Assembly (NCBI GenBank): GCA_973895155.1 | Contig: OZ316898.1 | Span: 12,737,659-12,801,658, forward strand | Reading direction: 5' to 3' | DNA: 64,000 bases | Source of the DNA: Marsupella aquatica | Lineage: Eukaryota > Plantae > Marchantiophyta | Shown: positions 11,896 to 25,230 of the stretch, piece by piece | How the letters are laid out: the number at the start of each line of letters is the position of its first letter | Position numbering within the stretch: position 1 is the first letter of the stretch | Made by a program: the position numbers and the translations under genes | Notes under the pieces: model-generated | The model's input: the letters and a program-made list of their open reading frames with translations, nothing else | Database searches by the model: none | Told to the model about the DNA's origin: nothing

Positions 11896-14800
11896 TCATC
11901 TTAAGAGGGTCTCGATTGCTTCGAAAAACAGAGGTGCCATTTCTGGACTTGGGGTCTTGACAGCACATTTCACACTGGGGTATCCAACCACTGTTGTGAG
12001 CTCCACCAGGAAGGGAACATTGGGAGGAACTTTCCCTGACAAATAAAGGACCTCCTGGTTGGTTTCCTTTTGAATGCGTCTTGCGATGAAGAACAAGTTC
12101 GTTTTTGATAGCCTCTCTAATGTCGCATCAACACTGGTGATTACTGCATTGGGCAGGTCTTTCGAGACTTCGTGAGAATCTGGTAATGACTTCCATGTCT
12201 GCAAATATTCGGGGCATTTGCGGAGTTAATTATATAGCACACAAATACGCAAGAAGGCCACGACACAGCATGGTGAGAACAAAATGATGAAAAAGAATCG
12301 ATAGCAATTCGATAGCAATTCGATAGCAAATGCCTTGCTATAAGATAATCATATATGTCCAGTTAAAACTCTTACATGCTTTCATAATGTGAAGGACCTC
12401 CCACTTTAAACAAACTTAGAGCTCTTCAAGTCTGGTTACCAAGAATTCCTATTTCTCACCTCTAAAAATGTGCTTCGCTCCATCTGACCATCCTCCACAA
12501 AGAGGGCTTGGAGAGGAATTTTGTCGGTAAAGTACCAAACAGGTTGCTGGTTATTCTTCACGGCAACTTGCAGAACTGAGTTAGGTGGGCCAGGGGCCAC
12601 ATTTTGAAACAGCACCATTGGTAGAAGAGTACTGGCTGAACCCCCGGGTTGCACAATTGGCATCTGGTCCCATAAAAAAGTCCAAACGAATTCTAAGTGA
12701 CTTGGCTGTAGTGAAATAAGTGGCATTCAGCAGCTCACCTTCATGCACAACTGATACCAATAATATAGATAACAACCTTTTTCCGAGTAGAATGGCGTCC
12801 TTCAATAGTAGCTTACTATGAACCAGCAGGAGAAACAGAAACAGATTGAGATGTCTTTCAAAAGAATGGAGACAAAATAAGAACGGAGGTGATCCACCTA
12901 AAACAAACGGGCCCAAGGCATCATAATTTACATCACGGCGATATGTGAGTGTATACCTGAAGTGGACCAGCTGATGCTAAACCAAAGGAGTTCTTGTTGA
13001 ACTGAATCATAAAACCATCCAAAGGCCCTTGTGTGTTGTTGTCAAATTTGAGGGAGTAGAAAATTTGTCCATCGCGCCTAACTAGCTGACCACCAATTTG
13101 CAAGCCTTGCCCAGCTTGTGCCGACAACACTACAGGAAGAGGAGGCCTGATCCCAAGCACCACAAGAACCAAATCCATCAGCACCAATTTTAACATCAGA
13201 AGGGCTCTCTGATCAAGAAGAACCCAAGAAAACCTCTCGTAAGAAGTCAATCCATCACTACCAAGTTTGACTTTCAAAGATGAGGTACTGTGACTACACA
13301 ACCAAGAAATTTCTCTCATGTGCAGCATTGGGCCTAGCCTTGTCTTGTGAGCCCCTCTGCGGGTTCTTTTCTGGAAGTAACATTTGCAGCTGTAGTTGCC
13401 AAGTACAAGCACGTTCAACACCAAGTTTGTACAGAAGAGTTCTTTAACAAAAACTATGACAGCCATAACTGGAAAACACTAGTGAAATCTTAGAATCTGC
13501 CTACATAGGAGCCCTGGTAGATAACGCAAAAGGAATGTAAAGTACTGGGCGAATGATATGGACCAAATGTAGTTTAAACAAGCTTACCCTGCACTTGGAG
13601 GAACTGGGCCGGATGGAACCAATGCATTGTCCAAGCCTATCAAGTCTCCAAGTAAATCTGGAACAGGAGCTGGTTGAGGAGCCACAGCAGGTACTGAGTT
13701 TCGCTGTGCACTGCCATATCCAGGTGGTGGTGGAACAGGTGCGGGTGTTGCTCCGTACCCTGAACTTGCATTATGAGACATTTCTGACAGTGGAGCTGAA
13801 GTGTCACCCGCACCGGAATCTTGCTCGGCATACTCTTCATCTTCATCCCGTTGTGGGGATGGGTGAACGCGGCTCACAAAAGCTTCTGGTGGCTTGTGGT
13901 AAACAGATGCCAGTGTAGCGATATTGGCCAGCAGGTCATCCAGAAGGGATGGATCAAGACTGTTTGAATCATCACTAATGGTCGGCTTCTCTGCCAACAC
14001 CACATCCTTGGCTGCCTGTGCTCATGAGACAATTGACGCCGACGAGAGAAAACAACAGAAATGCATCAGAGCACGACCTTTCATTTACGTATTTTGAAAG
14101 TAAAATGGCTATCAAGTGATAAAAACATGACCATGATTCAGTCACCAACTTCAACACTTCTAAGTTAGTCGCAATAGACCAACACATACCTCTGGATCAG
14201 TTGAAAGCAAACGCCAATAAACATAAGCACGGTCACGTAGATCAGGATTATCAGTATCTTGTGTTGCATTATTAAGCACCACCTGGAAACAAGAAATTAA
14301 TCAGAATCTCCACAAAACCAGTAAACTTTCATGCAAATTCTAGTAGGGCAACGTCATGAGATTCCATAATAATGGCACCATCCATAACACGACCTTAGGA
14401 AAGGACCCAACACGGAACTGACAAAAATCAGACCTGAATCATTTGCTGAGGACCTTCAGTTGGTTTTTTAAGGAAAAGCTTCACAGCCGCAGTTAAGAGC
14501 TGCAACTGTACTTGTGCTGGCTCCTCTGGGAAACTCTCCAGGAAACTCTCCAGTAACTCATCTGCATTGTCTATCCGCTCTGCATACTCACCTATGATCC
14601 ATATCATGGAAGCCTGAACAGCAACTCAATGGTTAGTGGAAGAAAGGTTGCAGTTCAATGGCAGACTGCCCATTCACTGAACAAATGTTCATTCTTTCAA
14701 TCAGCTTTAAAAGGATTAATGTGATTTGATAGCTGTACCTTGGCCTCGGGTTCATCAAGGGTGTCCAAACTCTCACAGAGAGTTGCAATGATTGATTCAT

Positions 14801-17800
14801 ACCTGTGGCACGATCAAATTAGTGTCTAATTCCATGCCAGCCATGATACCCAGGTTGAGTATACTAGTTTCTAAAGTCCTTGTCACCGAACAATGGATAA
14901 GATGGCTAACATGTACGGAAATTTATAAAAGAACATGATTGGGAGCAGTGGCCAAAGAGTGGGTGCTACTCACATATTTGGATATCGTCGAAAGATATCT
15001 TTGATGACTATAATTGCCTCTTGCACGACATAATTCACTTTGATTTTAATGAGCTCAAGCAGCACGTTGATGCATCGCTCAGCTGCCCGATCTAACTTGA
15101 TGGCACACCGACCAATGGCTCGCACCGCCTTACGAACAAAGTCAACATCGACTTCTGTTGCATACTCTTTGAATTCCAGAAGAACCTGATCATTAAATCA
15201 TATCCACTTAAAGTAAGGCCTCGCTAAGATGCGTTCTCGATTATTGCATGCTACGTCGTAAAAAACAAATTAGCTACAACATTGAACGCCGAGGCTCTGC
15301 ACAGAACCTTGACAGAACAGGATTGAATTGAATCTTCTACAATTCCACAAGTCATTGAATATGGATTTACAAAAACAAGATAGAAAACAAGTCTGGGAGT
15401 CTATCACCATCATACCTGATCAATGTTTCGGTCTGAAGCAAGCTTGATCATGATTTCAAGTTTCTCCATCTTCACGTATATTGGGTCATTGTACTTGCAG
15501 AAGAAGACCTGGAGCAAGAGAAAGGTCATAACTTCATCCGTCCAGCAAATCAAAGAACATACAGGCGGAGCCAAGAGCTAGGAGCACCACTTGCTGTATG
15601 GGACACAGCACGAACCTGAATTTTGGAACATTAAGATGCACTACCTTAATCTCATGGGCAAGTATGGTCGGTCGGCGCTGTACAATGAGGTTGATATTAC
15701 GGAGGGCCACATATTGAATTTCTGGCTCTGCTGAAAGAAGAGTGACCAAAGGAGGAGCCATTTTCTTGAACAGGTTCCGAGATACATCTGGACTTGTAAT
15801 AAGCTCCATCTGTTGAAGGATGACCTGCAATGAAACGATGAAGATCCATCATATCTTTGGCATGAACAATGAGACAAAAGATGCGTATGACGTCCGTTAA
15901 TCGTGACAGGTACCACCAGTACGCTGCGTTATGTCAGGACATGGGTTCATATGCTTTACCTTCACAGCAGACAAAACCACGGCACAGTTGGCATGTTGCA
16001 GGCGAGGAGTCACTCGTTCCACTATATTCTCTGCATCACGGGCATCCTTCGCCTTGTATTTGGAAAGGGCATCCAATATGAAGACCTGCCCCCACCTTTG
16101 TATAACAACCAGGTTAAAGAATGTTACATACAGATGATAGTACTGCACTGAGATCATACTTGACACTGAAGTAAATCGCACACATGCTGCAAAATGTTCG
16201 GAGATAGTGGACATGAACTTACTCAGTGCATTCATTAAGAGCGGCCAACAACTTGAACAACGTGTGATTGGTTATCTCAAAAATGACTTTACTGGTGCCC
16301 TCCTGAATCTCTGCCAGGGCAGCAACAGCATTTGCCACGACCATTGGGTTGCTGTCTGAAATCATATCTTTCAATGACTCAAGGAAGCCTCTGTCCTCCA
16401 CCAATTCCGCATTGATATCATGTAATTTGGCTACACAGACAGCAGCAGTCTTCCGAACATATGGGTCGTCATCCTGCTCGCACAAACTACAGATATCAGG
16501 TTGAAGTGTTTCCATATAAGAACATGCAGAAGGGCCAGGTACATAAGTCATTGTAACCCACAATTATGACAAGACTAATTCCTTCAGCCTAAGCGTCTAC
16601 TGAGAAGGGACTCATCACTCCCAGTTTGGGAAGAATGTGACCTTGCTTAGCGATAACCAAACTCAGGGACCGGATCAAACCTTGAGGCAGCGTTGAAGTG
16701 GATCACATAGATACTCTGTAATCTTGTCCACCCTGATGCAACCCATGGTCCTCACAGCCAAAGCCCGGATAAGTGGGTTGGGGTCTTGAGAATCCTGATT
16801 ACAAATACAGTTGTCCCAGAGCAACGTTTCAAAAGAGATAACATGTCTATAGGTGACACCAGTCCTGAATTATATAGAAAATTTAGGAACGAGTCTACAA
16901 TTTGTTACATGAACCATAACATTTGACGGCAACAACAAATATTGACGAGAACCATCCGCCCCGAGGGAGAGTGGAAACTTATGCAACAATATCTTCCCCG
17001 TTTAGCAATGTGCAATTCCCATTTCTTCAGTTCAATACCCTAAAAAGATGATGCGCAAGTCAATACATTCATGGAACGTCATAAAATTACCTTCACGAAA
17101 GTGTTGACAGCGAGAATGGCCAGGTCAGGATGGCTCTTCGCATAGTTGATGAGATACAGATACACCAATTTCTTGAGCTCCAAATTCTCGGTTTGCATGC
17201 AGTTGACAACATCTGTGAACAGCATGGACACATCCTTCCCTACTGTCATCGCAGCAATAACCTTCTTCACGGCATCCTTTTTCTTATCCTGCAAAAGGAT
17301 GAGACAAACGTCGGTCAAATCCGGGTAAGAACATTCGGCCTATAGCATTGGATATTTCAGATTTGTGTCGACAAACGATATTGATTTCAAGCCAGTAACG
17401 TCTCCTGTGGGCTAAAAACCATACTTGCTCTAAATCAGCGGATCAAGCTGGAAAATTAAACAGTCGTGACATTTACACAAAGCCTTCGGCCCTGAAAGAA
17501 TTTTGCTGCTTATTTGCGCAGATGCAGACAGGTCGGGCCTTACAAAAGTGAGAGCAAGAATTCGATTTTACAGAGGCAAGCGGGATTCTGGATTTCCCGA
17601 GGTACATTCATGTCGTCCACAAAATGCCATAAAAGAAATATTTGAAGATACTACGACCCGAGCGAAGCGAGGGTTGACGCCAGAATCAATTCGAAGAACA
17701 ACAATTTGACCAATTGAGGCCACGCATCAGAGTAAGTGAAGAGGAGGAAAAGACGGCGGAATGAATCGCAGAATTGAGACCGATTACAAACAGGCAAGAG

Positions 17801-18298
17801 TGCCGAGGATGGACGATGAAATGGTAAAGAGTAGAAAAAAAGCCATTTCCAATGGTATCTATTGTTCCTGTGGTAGATCGAAGGACAACATCACTTGTCC
17901 TCCCCTATTCCAAAGGAGAGAGCACGCTCACAAAGCACAAACAGAACTGAAAATGCAGGCATGGTCAATGATGCTTGAAACGTTTAACACAAGAAACACA
18001 CTCGACGAATAGCCTGAAGGAGCCACGGATCAATCCAAGAAAACGATGCCCATCACATCACATCACAGCGACCCCTCGGAATTTGAAAGGCGCACAATGT
18101 GGGACTACTCAAGCGCGAGATCGACATCATCATCGTGACCTCCCGGGCGACATTCATCGAGGTAATGCTGGAGAAAATGGACAGGGACAACATCCAGATC
18201 GACCTGCATACCTTATACTGCGAATTGAGCTCTTCCTTGAGCTCATGAATTTCGCCTTTCTTCGTGGTGGTGAAGTACTTAGAGTCATGGCCACTCAT
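11896..18298 (-). CDS. Beta-adaptin (AP-1/AP-2 complex beta subunit), 15 exons, ~910 aa
   Basis: Exons: 18298-18212, 17288-17091, 16794-16681, 16473-16223, 16095-15960, 15824-15645, 15508-15416, 15185-14974, 14802-14739, 14613-14434, 14282-14190, 14015-13588, 13146-12957, 12663-12460, 12198-11896. All are GT-AG with consistent phases (2733 nt). Motifs include [66 protein letters not shown], hinge DLLGDL and the appendage FDNN...[13 protein letters not shown]. Confidence 0.98.
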
Positions 18299-18725
18299 CG
18301 TGCCCTAATCACAATCGAATCCCCTGTTCTGCACACCTTCCTCGCCTCGGTTCTACAGCACGGCCTCAGATCTGGGAGTTCTGCAGCTGCCTGGACACTC
18401 TAATCACATCCAACAGCACCTTTCGTTCGTAAAATCGAGACGACGGCCTTCCAACGACACTGATTCCTTCCTTCCTTCCTTCCTTGCAATGAGCTCTCGT
18501 GCTCTTCTCGTGGAGAAGCTTTGGTGGGTCTTCAATGAAAGGGGTATTCAATGAAAGGTGCGGAATCCCAATCTCTTCGAATGGAGACGAAAGGAATGGA
18601 GAAGTCTTCTCGAGCTCGGACCTGTCAGCCCGGTTAAGCGTTAACCTGACCCGTCCCTGGTCTGCTCCGGTTAGACTGTACTCCCGGCAACAGTAGGGTG
18701 TCTCGACTAGGGGGTCTCAAACCTG

Positions 18726-18915
18726 TATGGCGGCAAAACAAATCCCTGGCCCAAAAGTACCCATTTAGGTCTTTGGTCACTAGTGTGCGGACAATTTTAT
18801 TTTTTTGTGTCGGTCACTTTAATTATGGCCGCAAAACAAATCCCTGGCCCAAATGTACCAATTTAGGTTTGTGGTCACTATTGTGTGGACAATTTTTTTG
18901 TTTGTGTCGGTCACT
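18726..18915. repeat. ~97-bp tandem duplication upstream of beta-adaptin
   Basis: tatggc(g/c)gcaaaacaaatccctggcccaaa...tgtgtcggtcact at 18726 and 18824. Confidence 0.9.
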
Positions 18916-19041
18916 CTAGTTCTGGGAAAATGACCTGTTTTGCTCTGCAAAAGGCTTGTAATGTGGCCCGGGGGTGAGTCCAAGTGGTGCAGAGACTTTT
19001 TCAGTTAATGGCTTATCGGTCCTTTAACATCCAGACTGCAA

Positions 19042-19063
19042 TGTGTGTGTGTGTGTGTGTGTG
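19042..19063. repeat. (TG)n microsatellite
   Basis: Run of about 11 TG units. Confidence 0.9.
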
Positions 19064-19619
19064 GGAAAGGGGGGGCAGGGGGCGCTGGGAACTAGCCATG
19101 GGGAATCCAAAAATCCCACAACAAAAGTGTGTAGTGTAGGTTAAGGGAGTGCTGCAGATTTGTCAGCGGCATCCTCCAAACATAAATGCAGGCTATATTT
19201 GAGACCTCCTAGTAGATACAAAGTGACAACCAGGTTTGTGTAGAAAAAATTTATTATTATTAGAAATTTAATAGAGATCCATTTGCCACCAAAAGTCACC
19301 TCCCAATTCAAATTGGGCCTTTTCCCTCTCCCACATATCTCATTCAAATTGTCAGCTGTTGTAGGTTTAGATTGGTCTTGTTCTCGGTCTTGTTTTTTTT
19401 CTGGTGGCAACAATATCACCTTGGCCTAATTGTGGGGCAATCTTGATATTAGGACTTTATGACTCTGAAGTTTCTCCACTCAGCATGTAAAGCTCATTAA
19501 GAGTCTCCTTTACATATCTGCCCGCATTTGCTGCCCGTAGAATCCAAAAAAATTCTAAGTCACAAATAATAGCATGAATGAACCCCACTTTTGGGTGGGG
19601 TGAATGTCAATACACTTTC

Positions 19620-19692
19620 AGGCCAGCTAGGTTTTGAACCTAGGTCTTGTAATGCCCCCATTCAGCTGTGCTACCAGTACTCCACTTGTGCC
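19620..19692 (-). mobile_element. Possible tRNA-derived SINE head relic
   Basis: The minus strand carries A-box-like tggagtactggtag and B-box-like ggttcaaaacc with tRNA-like spacing, but no cloverleaf. A similar relic lies at ~35790-35860 (+). Confidence 0.3.
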
Positions 19693-20325
19693 AGTTGATG
19701 TCCTCATTCAATCGCACCTGCTATTTGTCACTAAAGCCTGATATGGCACATGCCGGCAGTGGGCAGTACTTACGCAAAAATTAATGTGGGATAGCATTAA
19801 TTTTCCTCAAGATTACTCTTTGTCCTTATTTAATAGTTTCCAAGCTAGGCAAATAGAAAGCACAAATCAAAATGTTAATTACAATAGATTCAATTCTCTG
19901 CAAGTCTTGTACTTGCATAAGAGAAGTCCATTGATCCGGCTGACTAATTTTTGTGGTTAGAAATAGTTATATAGGCAGGTCATGATGGTTTCTCAAGTGC
20001 AGCACTTGCAACAATGCTCATGCATGGGTGAGAGTTGAGGGTACAACTCTTGTGAAAGAAGATGGAAGAGAAGATCGATGGCTGAAATGATACTTTAGCA
20101 TAAAGAATTTTTATCTAGGCTCACTTATTCACAATCCAGAGAGTGTGAGCCATAAATGTGATAAATTGAGGAAAAGTTTCTTAATGTTTGACTACTGGAA
20201 TTCTCTTAATTCTGTTTTTCCCTTTCAATATCACCTAAGTCTCTTTCTAGGATATGTCCACTCTTACAATAGTCTCCTCATCTTGTCTATGGAATCTAAG
20301 TATATAACATCTATCAGAGTCTAGT

Positions 20326-20660
20326 CTCTAGAGTGAAGCATCTAGACCATGACTGTGGGAGCATAACTATGGTTGGGGTGCAGGTGGAAATCAAGGATTG
20401 GGGCAACCTGAGTCTCTGAAATGATGCAACAGGCTTGAATGTCATCACCTCCATTTGTGTTTCTTTAGATATTGACCAATAGAGCTATAATCATGATCAA
20501 AAGCTACTGTCAGGGCCAATGGTCTAGAGTGAAGCATATAGATTGTGACTTTGGGGCAGGACTGAAGTTGAGGGTGTGAGTACGTGGAACACGGGGATTG
20601 GGGGCATGTGTGTCGTTGAAAATAGTGTAGTGGCCTTGTATCTCCTCACCTCTATTTATG
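20326..20660. repeat. Degenerate ~197-bp tandem duplication
   Basis: tctagagtgaagcat(c/a)taga...ggattgggg...tcacctc(c/t)attt at ~20326 and ~20523. Confidence 0.7.
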
Positions 20661-21508
20661 CTCAAAGAAGGAGCACTCTGGAAAAGTTACTCACAATGAA
20701 CACACTAGAATGTTAAGTAATCCCACCATTTTCTGGGCTTGTTATGCTTACAATATGACTTTTGGGTAGGAGTCAAAGGTGGCTGTTTGATAAGAAGGGG
20801 CCCTAATCCTGCATGCCCTGCCCTGCCCTCCACAGATACCCTCTGCCTCACTCACCAATGCAAGGTGGTATAGAGTCCTCAACCATCAAGGCGACAATAC
20901 TCCTTGCCTTGGGATGGAAACCTCACTCAAGATCAAGGCAAAGAGCAACATGGGTTTAGGGATCTTTAAACATGGGTTTAGGGAACACCCATGTTGATCT
21001 TTTTGTGATCTTTATTATTACATTTCAGAAACAAACAAACAATTGAAGAGCATCATGTGTTACAAGCATTTTTGAAACCCTATGGGCTCACCTCCAAGCA
21101 TGTTTTGTGAATGGATTTCCTATCAAAGTAAAATTGGAGGTACCTTGTTCATGGGCTTCAATGGTTGGATCGGAGACATGATCTTTCACATTCCAAAAGT
21201 ATTGTCTTGACTACAGGAAAGCAAAAGAAGATAATGTTGTAATATGACAACAGGAAACAAGCTGGCTTGGTTTCCGCCTGTATCAAAAGGGATATAGAGG
21301 CTGTGCACTATTTTGGTAAATGTCTGAGAGAGACAACAAACAAAGAGCAGAGGTCTGAATGTTAGAAACAAAGTGGACTATCATACAACAGATAGGTGAT
21401 ATATATGATCAAGAAACTATATCATATAAGCCCTACTGAGCAACAAATTGAAAAACCTAGTAGAGCTTTGGAGTAAACCACATAGGATGGATATAAATAT
21501 GACAAGAT

Positions 21509-21978
21509 TGTTCAGTAAACAACTGCTACTCAAAGACAACATGCACATGTGCAACATCCAATGAACACACAAATTGTTGACACAAGAGATCCGTGGTCCA
21601 CCTCACCAGCGGTTGTGTTCACGGGAACATACTAGAGAACTTTATCAAACTCTAAGCCCATGAGCTATACTGACTCTCCACATACTAAGCTCCTTATCTC
21701 TCAAAGCTACTTCCTAACAGTGAGCCTCTATTCACATCTACAATAAGTCTTGTTTGTGATATAATAGTAGCACATGATCTAACCTTAATAAAATGCCTCC
21801 TAACTACATATGTATATATAGTGCACTTTGATGAGTTATTGTATGGTCTGTACATACATATGTAACAAGAATTCCACTTTGGATCTACAACTTAGTGCAC
21901 GTTGGATGCACCTTGGAACTAGAGGCTACTAGGGCAAAAGCTGATAAAGGTGCAAATAGCAGTGCTTGATATTTTACA
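21509..21978 (-). mobile_element. Degraded Copia-type solo LTR related to the 48.5 and 50 kb copies
   Basis: Shares gacacaagagatccgtggtccacctc...cacgggaaca and aagctcc.tatctctcaa.....taaca.tgagcct with the reverse complement of 48557-48900. Ends and TSD are unresolved. Confidence 0.6.
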
Positions 21979-22231
21979 CTTGAACTTAGATTTTACTTAT
22001 TTATTCCTCCAAAAAACCAATTGAATTTCATTTGAATAGCCAGCATACAATAGGGGTGGCCCACAAAAAGGGTCCGCACCCATGGGGACCAAGGGTTGTG
22101 GAGCCAAAAAGATTGGGGAGGCCAGCCAAAAAGGCCCAAAAGAAAGGGAAGCTAAACCAGAATTCTAACTCCTGAGGAGCCATAGAACTTCAAAAGATCG
22201 GCCAACGAACATGGACCTGCAGGGTACCTAA

Positions 22232-22491
22232 GGGCCGTCTTGCATGTCTTTGGTCCTTTGCACATCGGCCCTAAAATGAACTCGTGTCATGAGTTGAGGC
22301 AGGGAGAGGGCGGCAGTCCTGATGGCTTCTTTTGTGGAGATACAAGGGCAAGGGCCGGAAATTTTCCGGCCCTTGAGGTCCCAAACCTTTAAAATGTAAT
22401 AAAACAAAATATTTGGTTTTAACTTTTCCCCGACATCTGTGGCTTGGTAAGGGCCGCAGTTTTCAGGACTCTTGCACATGCAAGACAGTCC
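22232..22491. mobile_element. Tourist-like (PIF/Harbinger) MITE, 260 bp
   Basis: TIRs gggccgtcttgcatgt / acatgcaagacagtcc match 14/16, with TAA on both sides (22229-22231, 22492-22494). Internal palindrome at 22349-22375. Confidence 0.75.
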
Positions 22492-23195
22492 TAAGAGTGG
22501 GTCTATGATAGGGTGAAATATTGTGAGTTGGCCTGCACTGTAGCTTCAACCCTTGCACTGTAGCTTCAACCCTTGAAACAGGAATGCACTCACCTGTTAA
22601 TTTATTTCTCACACATTTGGTAGGACGATGTAGAATATCATTATACCTCTAAGTTAGAGCTTAGGGTGCACTTCTCAAAGATCATTAGTGTAAAGTAAGA
22701 AGGTTATCCTTTTGAGTACTCCATAATAAATGTTTCTATCGATGGCAAAAATTTGCTAGATTGCACCTCTTCAAGGACATTTCCCCACTTTTGGCTAAAA
22801 TTGGCTAGCTTTTATATGTCCTATTATTAGCCAGTTTCTCACCAGATCTTCTCTCCAGGTGACAGGGCCCATTAGGCATTAGCCAGAGTCTAACTGTCAT
22901 CAATGAATCTAGGGTAGGGAACGGTCATCAATAAATCTAGGGAGATCTCACGGCCACAAAATAATTCTCCAAAAATCAAATATAAACAATATTATGAGCA
23001 TCTTCTCCTTCACACACGCTGACATTCGCCACTGGCGGAAAAAGGAAAACCTTAAAGGTTACCCTGGGCATGATATAAGGATTTACCGAATCTCCAGAGA
23101 AGCTACACCCTGCATCGAGATAGGTTATACAATCTCCGAAGCCTAGACTTCAGTAAGGTCAGTGGACACGAAATGCTGAAGAAACAAGGTCGAAT

Positions 23196-23425
23196 TCAGG
23201 CGTTGTGCCTGGCTAAGTGACAGTTGGTGGATTCAAAGCTATGGGGATTCCCAGATGAGCCGAAGAGAGCAAGCTTTCGCCTTCCTGTGCGTTCGAGTAG
23301 CACGAAACCCAAAATGGTACCAATGGAAATCATGCCAGAGACTCCCGACAGAAGTAAGAATCCAGCCTGTTGCATAATTCGTGGGCTGTAATACATGACG
23401 GTTCATTCCTGCCAGCTTGTTGATA
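23196..23425 (-). pseudogene. Inositol/sugar-porter (MFS, INT-like) gene fragment, copy A
   Basis: QQ..AGMN.VMYYSPRIMQQAGF...GTILGFVLLERTGRRKLALF resembles the sugar-porter TM7-TM9 signature QQxxGINTVMYYSP...DRxGRRKL. It is frameshifted and truncated. Confidence 0.8.
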
Positions 23426-24525
23426 GACCGGCACCTTGAGACGTCGAAAACCTGTTATGCATATCAATGCAGTGCAATTCCGTCTGATCAAATGGATACT
23501 ACGAATTCAAATCTACTAGATGCACATGAGTTCGTACTCACGAACCAACTCACGTCTTTCTTCATGCAGATTTGGAATGTCGTGTTACGATTTCATCATT
23601 CCAGTCTGATTAAGAGCCTTTGTGAAGTCATCGCCCAAGCTCTCAAGAGTATGAAAGCTTGAATTTATGAAGCTTTGGACTGACCCCAATCAATACGAGA
23701 ATAAGGGGATTCCGGTGCGGATTTAGAATGCCGTGGTGACAATTTTCGTCATCCCTACCCAAGAGCCATTGTCGAAAGTCTTCGGCAAATTAAGCCTTTG
23801 GATATCGAAGCTTGAAGGTTGAACCATGAAGTTCTCGACTGACTTCGATCAATGATAACTTTGAGGATGACGAAGATGTTAAATGAACGTAGAGGAAATC
23901 AACTTTGTTGGGGCCGTTACGCGAGATCACACATCTGTGGCTGTTTCCCACGGCTGATTCGAAATAATCCCGTCGCAGGAGTTTGGCAGGAGTTTGGCAG
24001 TCGTTGCAAAAATCATCGTGAACAATTTATCGAACAACACCGAGAAGGACGTGACAAGAGGCTCCATGTAAAGCAAAGTAGCCCGGCAAACGGGACAATA
24101 GAGGGACCATGCCAGAGATCGGGCGGCAAGAATTATCCCTGGACACAATTGGAACTTTCCAGCCTTTGAGGAGAAAAAGTGACGTTATGGTAAAAGTTGG
24201 TGGGGCTCTGGCAGAGGATTCGGCATGTCCCACATAAAGCAGTAACTTCACTTCGAGGGACCCGTCTCTTTGAATGCTTGAAAAGCATGACAGTGTACTG
24301 TGCGTTTACTCATTTGGGCCACAGACTCCACATGTTCGCTAGGTGGAGTGGCCCGAAGGGACTGACTGTCAGCACCTTCCACGCTTCCTATAGGTGTCCT
24401 CAACACGCAGGTCGAGCACTAGCTAGTAGCTCAAATTTGACACCTCGATCGAACGACAATACTAGCTGAAGTTCGACCATGGTCCCATAGTCTGGAAGTA
24501 GTTTACGAAGCATTTTCTGATCTCT

Positions 24526-25230
24526 ATGGAGAGCATGAATGGCGGGGTCAAGCATGGAACGAAGTCCCACACATCGGTGGTCTCTCTGCCGTTACGTTTA
24601 CTGCTACTGACGGTGGTTCGGTTCTGTCTAGTCGAAGTAGGAGCTAGCGAAGGCATCTCAAACAGCGGGCAGCCATGTTCCCTCAGGGATCCAGCAATGG
24701 ATCCAACTCACGAAGTCTGCTATGGACACGATGTGGTATGGCAAATCCCGCCCAACCCCAAAGCAGTTCTGCTCCTCGCACACGGACGAGGCATGGAGTC
24801 GTTACAATTCTTCGATCCGGGACCCAATTGCAAGCAATGCTATGGAATGCCGGAGTGCCGCACGGTGGTGCTGGAATCCCTACAGCGGCGGTACGCCACC
24901 ATATCGGTAACTGCGTTATTGCCAGATTGGCCGATTGTGTCAACCATCGTCAAAGAATGGAGATCACAGTACTCGTTGGACTCGCTGCCGGTGACGGCCT
25001 GAGGACACTCGAATGGCACCTATCTCGTGACGTTCCTCACTCAGACCCTTCCCATTCGGGCAATGGTGCTCACTTGCGGGGAAGGGGACCTCGGGGTGCA
25101 CTCGTTTACGAGCGATGCAAACGACGTGATTTTTCCTTGGCTGGACTCCCATATTCTATCGTCCTCGGGACCCGCCTCGGGAGTTGCAATTCCAGATTCC
25201 CAGTCTCCTGCTCTCATTGCGATGATTTGA
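24526..25230 (+). pseudogene. Pseudogene of a conserved plant alpha/beta-hydrolase-fold protein with N-terminal hydrophobic segment, copy A
   Basis: Reads VVWQIPPNPKAVLLLAHG...CKQCYGMPECR...LPVTA*GHSNG...CGEG, joined directly to C-terminal HSFTSDANDVIFPWLDSH. There is a TGA at 25000-25002 just before the G-x-S-x-G elbow and an internal in-frame deletion. Family identity is recalled from uncharacterised plant proteins (WQIP..PKAVLFLAHG) and was not searched. Confidence 0.75.

Noticed and set aside
20950-20985. Interstitial telomere array (GGGTTTAGGG)
   Set aside because: Only two isolated units inside a short local duplication.
25000-25002. In-frame TGA as selenocysteine or programmed readthrough
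   Set aside because: Land plants lack the Sec machinery, and the same ORF also has a large deletion. A nonsense mutation is the simpler explanation.
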